From assembly GCA_964416075.1 (NCBI GenBank), contig CAYQDH010000006.1, positions 1 through 35,164 on the forward strand: DNA of 35,164 nucleotides. The letters are read 5' to 3'. Each line of letters opens with the position of its first letter. Position 1 is the stretch's first letter. Both the position numbers and the translations under genes were made by a program. The stretch comes from an uncultured Anaerolineales bacterium (GTDB lineage Bacteria > Chloroflexota > Anaerolineae > UBA1429). The notes below the pieces were generated by a model, which did not search any database, was not told where the DNA came from, and saw only the letters and a program-made list of their open reading frames with translations. This document shows, one piece after another, positions 7,728 through 15,188 of this stretch.

Positions 7728-9176
7728 ATGGATGCTTCAACACAGCACAAGAGATTCTCCAAGGCCGCCCAGGGCAGGGCGCACATCCTGCAGTGGTTCC
7801 CTGGACACCAGGCCCCGATTTGGCGATCTGTATTGGGGCTGGCGCTGGTCCTGTTTCTGGCCGGTTGCCGGGGAAGCGCCCAAGGCCTAGGCATGGGCTC
7901 GTTGGCCCTTTTCCAGCGCGCCACGGCCACGGCAACGGCAAGGCCCAGCGCTACGGCCAAACCGACTTTTACGCCGCGGCCCAGTAGCACGGCAACCGCT
8001 ACCGCGACACCCAGTGCCACCCCGACGGCAACCGCGACTGCGACGCGGACCGCAACGCCGACAATCGCCGCCACGGCGACGCCTACGGTGACTCCCTCGG
8101 CGACGCCAACTTACACTCTATTGCCGAGCTCGACACCCACCATCACTCATACCCCGGAGCCAACGGCCATCCCCTCGCCCTCCGCCACGGCAATCGTCGC
8201 CCCGACGGCTGTTCCGGTGCCTGTGCCCGCCGCTCCGCCTGCAGGAGATCGTCCTCGGCTGGTGCTGGCGGGCTATTCGGCCTGGTATGATGATAACCGC
8301 TGGAGTGACTGCAATATCAGCGCTGGGGACCGCCCGAAACAGACGTACCACTCTGATGATCCCGCAGCGATCCGGCGCCATGTGGAGATGGCTGTGGGCG
8401 CGGGGATCGATGGCTTGACCCTGCAGTGGTTTGCACCCGGGGAGCGCACCGACAAAAACATGGCCCAGCTGTTGGCTCAATCGCAAGGCACCTCCTTGCG
8501 CTCCACGGTCATCTTTCTGCGGCACATCTGGCCTGGCTCGCCGGCCGCCAGCCACGACAGCGTCTCGGATTCCATTCGCTACCTGCTCGACACCTACAGC
8601 GGGCACCCCAACTTTTTGGTCTACCAGGGCAAGCCGGTGATCATCTTTTGCGATATGTACCGCGTCCCCAAGCAAGGTGGCCAGAGCGCGGTGCAGGCCT
8701 GGGCGGCTATCCGCGCCCGTGTGGACCCGGACCATCGATCGATCTGGATCGCCGAAGGATTGGACCCCGCCTACCTGGAGGTGTTCGACGGGCTGTATGT
8801 GTACAAGATCACGCACAGCACGGCGCCTAATGATTACGTCAAAGACTCTCGCTGGGCGGGTAGCGTGCGCAATTGGGAACAGCGTACCGGACAGCCCAAG
8901 TATTGGATGGCCACGGTGATGCCTGGGTGGGACGACCTGCGCTCCAAGTGCAGGGCCGATCTGCGCGGGGGTGTGCCCGTGCACAAGGCAGACCGGCAGA
9001 ATGGCGCTTTCTACCGCGCCACGTTCGATGCGGCCATGGCCAGCACGCCCGATTGGCTGTGGGTCAACAGCATCAACGAGTGGGTGGAGGGCACCTACAT
9101 CGAGCCGAGCGAGCAATACGGCGACACCTACCTGCAGATCACCGGGGAGCTGGCCCGCCGCTTCAAAGGCTCCTGA
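7728..9176 (+). CDS. lipoprotein with a ~110-aa Thr/Ala/Pro linker and a GH99-like (endo-alpha-mannosidase-like) TIM-barrel domain
   Basis: It has the lipobox LFLAGC and a linker at residues ~65-173 (ATATATARPSATAKPT...PVPVPAAPPAG). C-terminal domain blocks YSAWYDDNRW, HSDDPAAIRRHVEMAVGAGIDGLTLQWF and SINEWVEGTYIEPS resemble GH99 (SFNEWHEGTQIE) and the related WbsX-type fold. The family call is by eye. GAGGAG lies upstream of the ATG. Confidence 0.6.
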   Translation: MDASTQHKRFSKAAQGRAHILQWFPGHQAPIWRSVLGLALVLFLAGCRGSAQGLGMGSLALFQRATATATARPSATAKPTFTPRPSSTATATATPSATPTATATATRTATPTIAATATPTVTPSATPTYTLLPSSTPTITHTPEPTAIPSPSATAIVAPTAVPVPVPAAPPAGDRPRLVLAGYSAWYDDNRWSDCNISAGDRPKQTYHSDDPAAIRRHVEMAVGAGIDGLTLQWFAPGERTDKNMAQLLAQSQGTSLRSTVIFLRHIWPGSPAASHDSVSDSIRYLLDTYSGHPNFLVYQGKPVIIFCDMYRVPKQGGQSAVQAWAAIRARVDPDHRSIWIAEGLDPAYLEVFDGLYVYKITHSTAPNDYVKDSRWAGSVRNWEQRTGQPKYWMATVMPGWDDLRSKCRADLRGGVPVHKADRQNGAFYRATFDAAMASTPDWLWVNSINEWVEGTYIEPSEQYGDTYLQITGELARRFKGS

Positions 9177-9388
9177 GCGCGCCGTCTGGGCCGGAGAAAG
9201 AGCTCAACACGGAGGTACGGAGGGCGGACGGAGGGCCCGGAGAAGAAGAGGAACCACGGAACAGGCGGAATACACAGAAGAAGATATAACAACGAATCCG
9301 GAGGATGGGCGAATCGGACGGCGGCTTGGCCACGCCGTGATCTGTTGTGACATACTTCGATGTTCTCCTGTTATGCAGGACTGACATG

Positions 9389-10594
9389 CTAGGAACAAAC
9401 ATCTCGCCCGTCAGTGAGCCAAGCGAGGTTGAAACGGGCCAACGTCAGGTAGCGTGTATCGGACATGCGCTCGAGATACCCGCACTCGTAGAAACAGAGA
9501 ATCGTCCCATCGGCAGTGACCGCCAGATCGGAATAGGCCGAGCCCCCCTCTTCTAGCACCCGAGAGACGGGCCAGCTGCGGCATTCGTCGTAACTCATTT
9601 TGACCGTGAGGCGCTTGCGGTCGTAGGCGCGGCTCCATGCCCCGGGCTGCGTGCGCTCCAGGGTGTCGGGGTTGCTAAAGAGGATGCGACTGCGGCCCCC
9701 ATCCGTGGGCCAGGAATAGCGCATCATACTGGCCATACATTGCGGCTCGAGCAGAGCGTCATCGAAGGTGGGCTCGCTCCATCCCGTCACCCCATCCGGG
9801 CTGATGCTGATGAGGCGGCGATGGGCATCGGACTCGGAACGCATATTGAACAGCACGCGCCCGTCGCCCAGCTCCACCGCTGCCGTCTCGCTGGGATAGA
9901 GCATTGTGTCGGTGGTGCGGGCCACGATGTCGCCGCCATGCCAGGACTCGCCGTGGTCGTCGCTGTAGATGAGCGAGGCTACGGAGGGTCGGTGGCCCAG
10001 CTTGCCGGAGCCGAACTCGACGCCCTCCCCGGTGGACATCCACAGGGGCACGATGAGTCGCCCGTTGCCGAGCTGCAGGCCATGCCCTGGGCCGGTGGCG
10101 ATCACGCGCCAGGGGTAAGCCTGGTCGGCCCGCCGGGTGCGAAAGGCCTCCATCGCTGGGGTGATCTCGCGCGCCGGCGAGAAGGTCGAGCCATCGTCAT
10201 CGCTGCGCATATAAAACACACGCGAATAGTTGTGGCAATAGAGAACGTGCACCGCGCCGGTGATGTCATCGCGCACCAGCGCACAATTGTTCACCGGGCC
10301 CTCGCCATAGCCTTCGTGGGAGACCAGTATGCGGCGCGGCTCCCATGTGGCGCCCCCATCCAAGCTGCGCCGCATGAGCAGGTCGATGTTGTCCCAATCG
10401 CCGCCCTGGCCCTGGCGCGCCTCGGTGGTCACCAGGATCGTGCCACTTTTGGTGACCAGGATCCCCGGAATACGATAGTTCCAATAGCCCTCGGTGCGGG
10501 CCTCGAACAGGGCGATCTTGACTAGAAAAGGCTCGCGCGATCTGTCCACTGCTTGCCTCCCCTGCGTTTTGTTCAGACGTTCACCAGTTCCCAT
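9389..10594 (-). CDS. GH33 exo-alpha-sialidase (BNR/Asp-box beta-propeller) with no signal peptide
   Basis: It has the YRIP motif (YWNYRIPGI) and Asp boxes SLDGGATW, SDDDGSTF and SDDHGESW. It also has PSETAAVEL...R and a GSAYSDL Tyr region. The ORF track extends to 10711, but that extension overlaps the upstream gene. The ATG at 10594 (MGTGERLNK) overlaps the upstream stop by 14 nt, and a later GTG start is possible. Confidence 0.85.
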   Translation of the reverse strand: MGTGERLNKTQGRQAVDRSREPFLVKIALFEARTEGYWNYRIPGILVTKSGTILVTTEARQGQGGDWDNIDLLMRRSLDGGATWEPRRILVSHEGYGEGPVNNCALVRDDITGAVHVLYCHNYSRVFYMRSDDDGSTFSPAREITPAMEAFRTRRADQAYPWRVIATGPGHGLQLGNGRLIVPLWMSTGEGVEFGSGKLGHRPSVASLIYSDDHGESWHGGDIVARTTDTMLYPSETAAVELGDGRVLFNMRSESDAHRRLISISPDGVTGWSEPTFDDALLEPQCMASMMRYSWPTDGGRSRILFSNPDTLERTQPGAWSRAYDRKRLTVKMSYDECRSWPVSRVLEEGGSAYSDLAVTADGTILCFYECGYLERMSDTRYLTLARFNLAWLTDGRDVCS

Positions 10595-11666
10595 GCCGTT
10601 GTATGGTCTGTGCGAGGTTGCGGGCGATCTCCTCCATCCCCGCCGGGGAGGGATGTACCAGGTCTGTTGTGAGATAGCCCAGCGAAGGCAACATGCGCCG
10701 GCCCGCGACATAAATCACGTGAGGCATGTTCATCCGCGCGACGGCCTGGCTCACGATTCCGCGGAATGCAGCGAGCTTGAGCGCCGCCTCGGTGCCCGTC
10801 TCCGCATCATATTGGCAGGTGTAGAGGTCGATGCAAAAGACCGGCCTGCCCGAGCGCGCCACGGTGGAGATGAAATACTCGACGCGTGCGGCAAAATCCT
10901 GCACCGTGAACGAAGCCAGCATATTGATGCCCATCTCCAGCGTGGCCACGTGCCAATCGTCTCGCGAAGCGATATAATCGGCCATCTGGGGCTCGAGGTG
11001 CGCGCCCCCGCCAAAGCCCAGGTTCACCAGGTCCGCCTTTAGGCGCTGAGCCAGACGGGATGCATAGGTGGCCGACGGGCGCACCGATGTGTTCCCGTGC
11101 GTGATCGAGGACCCGTAGCAGAGCAGGCGGCGCGCGGGCGCTTGCTCGGGGCGGGGCGGCTCGCATTCCCCCTCGATCCCCAGAAGGCGGACGGGTGGCC
11201 GCCAGGGGAGGAGGATGCGCGTCAGCCGCGCATCGTAGGGTAACCGGGATTGCGTGGCTATCTGCTGCAACAGGGGCAGGTTGCCGGGCAGCGATATTTG
11301 CAGCGGGGTGGGCTCGGTGCCAATGACATGCCAACTCACCAGGAACGAGCCCTGGTACACCTCGGCAATGGCCGGGCGCAGGGCATTCTGCAGCGTGACC
11401 GTCGCCTCTCTCCCCGTCAAGTTAAAGCGCACCTCGCAGCCGGTGGCCTGCAGGGCGTTGATGTGGGCCGAGGGGTTCAGCTGGCGGCGCAGGCTATCGG
11501 GCACACGCGTCAGCCAAAAGCCCTTGTCCCTTTGCTCCCTATATCCCGCATAATCGACCGGGTTGGTCTCACGCAGCTGCGCCAGCGCCGTGGCATCGAA
11601 CACCTGCTCCCCGTCGCCAGAGAGCGTCTCCGCCACATTGTAGAGCTTGACATCTTGATAGATCAT
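10581..11666 (-). CDS. SGNH/GDSL-type hydrolase (carbohydrate esterase-like) with an N-terminal ~170-aa beta-sandwich-like domain
   Basis: SGNH blocks are present: I YGSSITHG, II GFGGGA, III EMGINM and V DLVHPS. The start is ATG with GGAGG 7 nt upstream. The two-domain layout resembles CE2-type esterases (by eye). Confidence 0.75.
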   Translation of the reverse strand: MIYQDVKLYNVAETLSGDGEQVFDATALAQLRETNPVDYAGYREQRDKGFWLTRVPDSLRRQLNPSAHINALQATGCEVRFNLTGREATVTLQNALRPAIAEVYQGSFLVSWHVIGTEPTPLQISLPGNLPLLQQIATQSRLPYDARLTRILLPWRPPVRLLGIEGECEPPRPEQAPARRLLCYGSSITHGNTSVRPSATYASRLAQRLKADLVNLGFGGGAHLEPQMADYIASRDDWHVATLEMGINMLASFTVQDFAARVEYFISTVARSGRPVFCIDLYTCQYDAETGTEAALKLAAFRGIVSQAVARMNMPHVIYVAGRRMLPSLGYLTTDLVHPSPAGMEEIARNLAQTIQRHGNW

Positions 11667-11690
11667 GGATGGACCTCCGCCTCATATTCT

Positions 11691-12443
11691 CTAGTGATGG
11701 GGATGCATATGTTGCCATGCGGGTGGCACCCAGGCCTGAGACATATTCTCCACAGCTTGGTCCAGGTGGCTCTGACCATCGCGGATGGTCCACAGGTAAT
11801 GGCCGGGGAATAGGGCCGCCACCTGCAACCCGGAGACCCGGTCGATGGAGGCGCGATAGTCCTCCAGGCTGGAGCCTGCCCAGTTTCCGAGGCCGATGGT
11901 GCCTCCGCAGAAAACCACGTCGCCGCAAAAAAGCATGCGCGGTCCCCCGTCGCTGGCCAGGTAACAGATGGAGCCCTCGCTGTGGCCGGGGACCTCGATG
12001 GCCCGCACGGTGTAGCGGCCCACGCGCATCTCTTGCCCCGAGGCGATGATGATATCCGGCGCGACGTGAGCATAGACATAGTCGGGTGTATAGATGCCCG
12101 CTTGCCTGGCCCGCACCAGGCCCAGTTCCTCGTCAGTGCCCTCCATCAACAGCCGCCCTTCGATGGCCGAACAGACGATCCGCGCGCCGGTGCGATCGGC
12201 CAGGGCCTTGGCGCCGCCCGCGTGGTCGGCGTGGGCATGGGTCAATAGCAGATAGGTGATGGCCCGCTCATCGAGGCCATCCTCACGGATATTCTGGATG
12301 ATACGATCCACATCCCGGCCCACCCCCGCATCGATGAGGGCCATTTGCCCCCCACCATCCAAGAGATAAACGTGACCATCCATGGCATCGGAGAGGCCGA
12401 TCGCTCCGCTGCCAACCATATACACATCGCGCATCAGTCGCAT
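11691..12443 (-). CDS. MBL-fold metallo-hydrolase
   Basis: It has the HxHxDH motif (LLLTHAHADHAGGA). The ORF track gives 11691..12488. I place the start at the ATG at 12443 (MRLMRDVY), preceded by AGGAGG with 6-nt spacing. Confidence 0.85.
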   Translation of the reverse strand: MRLMRDVYMVGSGAIGLSDAMDGHVYLLDGGGQMALIDAGVGRDVDRIIQNIREDGLDERAITYLLLTHAHADHAGGAKALADRTGARIVCSAIEGRLLMEGTDEELGLVRARQAGIYTPDYVYAHVAPDIIIASGQEMRVGRYTVRAIEVPGHSEGSICYLASDGGPRMLFCGDVVFCGGTIGLGNWAGSSLEDYRASIDRVSGLQVAALFPGHYLWTIRDGQSHLDQAVENMSQAWVPPAWQHMHPHH

Positions 12444-12505
12444 AAGGAGCCTCCTGATTGTCGCTGACGCACGGATCACAGATTCCATGCGCTTCCATGG
12501 AGACT

Positions 12506-12534
12506 ATCATACCGCCAGTTCGTGCGGCGTTCAA
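12506..12534 (-). promoter_or_regulatory. candidate promoter of the MBL-SGNH-sialidase operon
   Basis: The minus strand reads TTGAAC (12529-12534), a 17-nt spacer, then TATGAT (12506-12511). Confidence 0.45.
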
Positions 12535-12551
12535 CTGCGCGCGCGCCGCGC

Positions 12552-12580
12552 TTGACCGCTCGTGCGCGCACGGGTAACAT
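12552..12580 (+). promoter_or_regulatory. candidate promoter of the AKR/enolase operon with a 12-bp palindrome in the spacer
   Basis: TTGACC (12552-12557), a 17-nt spacer, then TAACAT (12575-12580). The spacer contains the perfect palindrome CGTGCGCGCACG (12561-12572). Confidence 0.45.
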
Positions 12581-12676
12581 CCTGGCATGATGCAAGGCAC
12601 TACCGGGCCGAGGACTTGGCGAGAGCAAGTGTCGCGTCATGTAGTGAGCAACCTTGAGAATCTTGAGAGGAGTGCG

Positions 12677-13771
12677 ATGCAATATCGTCCATTGGGCAAG
12701 ACGGGGTTCCGGGCCACGCCGATTGGCCTCGGTTGCGGGCCGATGATGTCGCTGCCAATCGAGGATGGCGCCAAAGTAGTGCGGCGAGCGTTAGAGTTGG
12801 GCATCAACTATATCGATGTGGCGCGCAGCTATGGCCAGAGCGAGATCATGGTTGGGCAGGCCATGCAGGGGCGGCGTCGCCAGGATGTGTTCATCTCCAG
12901 CAAGACGGGCGCGCGCACGCGCGAAGAGGCCTGGCGCAGCATCCAAGAATCGCTGGAGCGCCTGCAGACCGATTATCTGGACAATTGCCACCTCCACGGC
13001 ATCCGCGCGGGCGAGGATATTGCGGTTCGCATGGGCCCCGGCGGCGCGCTGGAGGCCCTCGTTCAGGCGCGGGAGGAAGGGCTCATCCGCCATATCGGCT
13101 GCAGCGGGCACACATCCCGCGCCCTGCTCGAGGCTCTGGGGCGTTTCCCCCTGGACGTCATCCTGGTACCCATGAACATCATCGAGCGCGAGCCGCTGGA
13201 CGAGCTCATCCCGCTGTGCCACGCCAGGGGTGTGGCGGTGACGATCATGAAACCGGTGGCGGTGGGCTTTTTGCCGGCCAGGATCGCTCTCAAGTGGCTG
13301 CTCAACCAGCCCATAGCGACCACGGTGCCCGGAGCGACCACCGTGGAAGAGGTGGAGCTGGATGCGCAGATGGCCAGCCTGGCCGATGTGACCCTCGATG
13401 CCCAGGAAGAGGCCGAGGTCGCGGCGCTGGCCGAGAAATTGCAGACCGTGCGCTGCCGTTTCTGCAACGAGTGCGAGCCCTGTAGCCAGAATATCGCCAT
13501 CCCGGGATTGCTGGGCGGCGACGTGATGCTGGGACACTATCGCGTGATGGGGCCCGACCTCTTTGCCGGCACCACCTGGTCGCCCGAGTACCTGGAGCGC
13601 GATCGCCAGGCCAAGGAAAAGCTGGTGGCGGCGATCGAGGCCTGCGACCATTGCGGCAAGTGCGAGGAGCGTTGCCCGCACGGCCTGCCGGTGATGGACT
13701 TGCTGCAATCGGTGCTGCCCGCGCTGCGGGATATGCTGCGCGCATATGCGACTCAGCAGACGGCGAAGTAG
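12677..13771 (+). CDS. aldo/keto reductase fused to a C-terminal 2x[4Fe-4S] ferredoxin-type module (COG1453-like)
   Basis: The ORF track gives 12587..13771. I place the start at the ATG at 12677 (MQYRPLGKTG), with GAGAGGAG upstream. The AKR N-terminus is LGINYIDVARSYGQSE. The C-terminal Cys clusters are CRFCNECEPC and CDHCGKCEERCP. Confidence 0.8.
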   Translation: MQYRPLGKTGFRATPIGLGCGPMMSLPIEDGAKVVRRALELGINYIDVARSYGQSEIMVGQAMQGRRRQDVFISSKTGARTREEAWRSIQESLERLQTDYLDNCHLHGIRAGEDIAVRMGPGGALEALVQAREEGLIRHIGCSGHTSRALLEALGRFPLDVILVPMNIIEREPLDELIPLCHARGVAVTIMKPVAVGFLPARIALKWLLNQPIATTVPGATTVEEVELDAQMASLADVTLDAQEEAEVAALAEKLQTVRCRFCNECEPCSQNIAIPGLLGGDVMLGHYRVMGPDLFAGTTWSPEYLERDRQAKEKLVAAIEACDHCGKCEERCPHGLPVMDLLQSVLPALRDMLRAYATQQTAK

Positions 13772-13817
13772 GCTATGCGAGGGCCAGCAGGACTGCTGGG
13801 GATCAAGAAGGAGTGAG

Positions 13818-15101
13818 ATGCAGAATCTGGTTATCAAGGATGTGGAACGCACGTGGGTGTCGATACCCTTGAAGCCCCGCCATGCCAAGAACCTGGTGCG
13901 CGGGCATTTTGGCTGGACGATCTTTGAGATCCTCAAGGTGCGCACGAATTCGGACCTAATAGGCTATGGGGAAACGATGATCCACTACACCTGGGGCAAG
14001 GTGCCCCAGGAGCAGATCGACCGCGTCATCGGGCACTCGCCGTTCGAGTTCCTGTGGGACGACACGCTGGGGGCCGGCCTGCAGATGGCCATATGGGACC
14101 TGGCGGGCAAGGCGGCTGGCGTGCCGTGCTATCGGCTCTTTGGCCCCCAGGTGCGCGAGTGGTGCGAGGTCGCCTGGTGGGTCAACGACATGTCCACCGA
14201 GGATTGGGTGGAGGAGATCAAGGAAGCGCTGAGCCTCGGCTATATGAGCGCCAAGCTCAAGGCTCGCCCATGGCGCGATTTCGCCGCGGCCATGCACACG
14301 CTGAAGGATATCGTGCCCTCAGATTTCCGCTTCGATGCCGATTTCAACGCCTTCCTCGTAGATGCGGGGCACGCGGTGCCTTACCTGACGGAGCTGGCAA
14401 ACGATGTGCCCTCTATCGCTATCTTTGAGACCCCCATCCCGCAAGGGGATGTCGAGGGCAACGTCCTGATCCGCAACAAGGTCTCCAGGCCGATCGCCAT
14501 GCATTACGGGAGCCCTCCGATCCAGACGGTCATCCGGGACGGGGTATGTGACGGGTTTGTGATCAGTGGCGGAGTGAGCAGCATCAAAGAGCAAGCAGTC
14601 CTCGCGGCGCAGATGAACAAGCCGTTCTGGCTGCAGATGGTGGGCACGGGGCTTACGGTGAGCCTCATGCTGCACCTGGCCGCGGCTTTGACCCATGCAC
14701 GGTGGCCGGCGATCACCTGTCACGAGATCTATGTCGACGACCTGCTCCAGGAACGGCTTGAGGTGCACAATGGATTGGCGCATGTCCCCGAAGCTCCCGG
14801 GCTGGGGATCGCGCTCGATGAGGGGGCCGTCTCTCGCTACCAGGTGGAGGTCGGCTTCAAGGCCTCGCCGCCGCGGAATCTGTACTATGTGATCTGGCCG
14901 AACGGCGACACGATCGTATTCCCTCCGGGGCTCGCAGGTACTCCATCGGATGGCGAAGGCGGCCTGCGGAAGGAGTTCACCGAGGGCAAGTGGCCCATCT
15001 TTCATCGTGGCGTCCGCCTGGAGATCGTCCCTGATGACGGCAGCGAGGAATGGCAACGCCTCTATGATCGAGCAAGGCGGGCCGCCCCAGTTAGGCTTTA
15101 G
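13818..15101 (+). CDS. enolase-superfamily (mandelate racemase/muconate lactonizing enzyme-like) protein; divergent active site and a ~80-aa C-terminal extension
   Basis: The ORF track gives 13746..15101. I place the start at the ATG at 13818 (MQNLVIKDVE), with AAGGAG upstream. The capping-domain block is GLQMAIWDLAGKAAGVPCYRLFG. Other motifs are the KxK motif SAKLKA, DADFN and IFETP. Confidence 0.8.
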   Translation: MQNLVIKDVERTWVSIPLKPRHAKNLVRGHFGWTIFEILKVRTNSDLIGYGETMIHYTWGKVPQEQIDRVIGHSPFEFLWDDTLGAGLQMAIWDLAGKAAGVPCYRLFGPQVREWCEVAWWVNDMSTEDWVEEIKEALSLGYMSAKLKARPWRDFAAAMHTLKDIVPSDFRFDADFNAFLVDAGHAVPYLTELANDVPSIAIFETPIPQGDVEGNVLIRNKVSRPIAMHYGSPPIQTVIRDGVCDGFVISGGVSSIKEQAVLAAQMNKPFWLQMVGTGLTVSLMLHLAAALTHARWPAITCHEIYVDDLLQERLEVHNGLAHVPEAPGLGIALDEGAVSRYQVEVGFKASPPRNLYYVIWPNGDTIVFPPGLAGTPSDGEGGLRKEFTEGKWPIFHRGVRLEIVPDDGSEEWQRLYDRARRAAPVRL

Positions 15102-15135
15102 CTGGCGCGGAGTCACCGGGGCGTTTGCGTTGCCT

Positions 15136-15174
15136 TATCGCTGGGGCCTGCCTGCAAGGCAGGCCCCAGCGATA
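15136..15174. terminator. 18-bp perfect hairpin between convergent operons (bidirectional terminator)
   Basis: TATCGCTGGGGCCTGCCT (15136-15153) pairs with AGGCAGGCCCCAGCGATA (15157-15174) across the loop GCA. It lies between the stops at 15101 (+) and 15189 (-). Confidence 0.75.
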
Positions 15175-15188
15175 GTGTTTGGCCGGGG

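Noticed and set aside
7920-8246. DNA-level repetitiveness (ACGGCAACCGC-type strings) that could be read as a minisatellite or a mobile-element scar.
   Set aside because: It is in frame inside the lipoprotein CDS and encodes the Thr/Ala/Pro stalk, so it is a coding low-complexity linker. The Ala/Pro-rich stretches in the E2 gene (about 29530-29640 and 29890-29950) are likewise normal inter-domain linkers.
8118-9116. A 332-aa minus-strand ORF opposite the GH99-like gene. Several 60-140-aa frames in 8273-9384 are similar cases.
   Set aside because: These are shadow ORFs. The plus-strand frame carries the lipobox, linker and catalytic-domain motifs.
12791-13945. A 384-aa minus-strand ORF opposite the AKR-[4Fe-4S] gene. 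The frames 12733..13485 +, 13063..13500 - and 13302..13745 - are similar cases.
   Set aside because: These overlap a well-supported CDS. Their composition is Arg/Ala/Gly/Pro-rich and low in complexity, with no motifs. They are GC-driven open frames.
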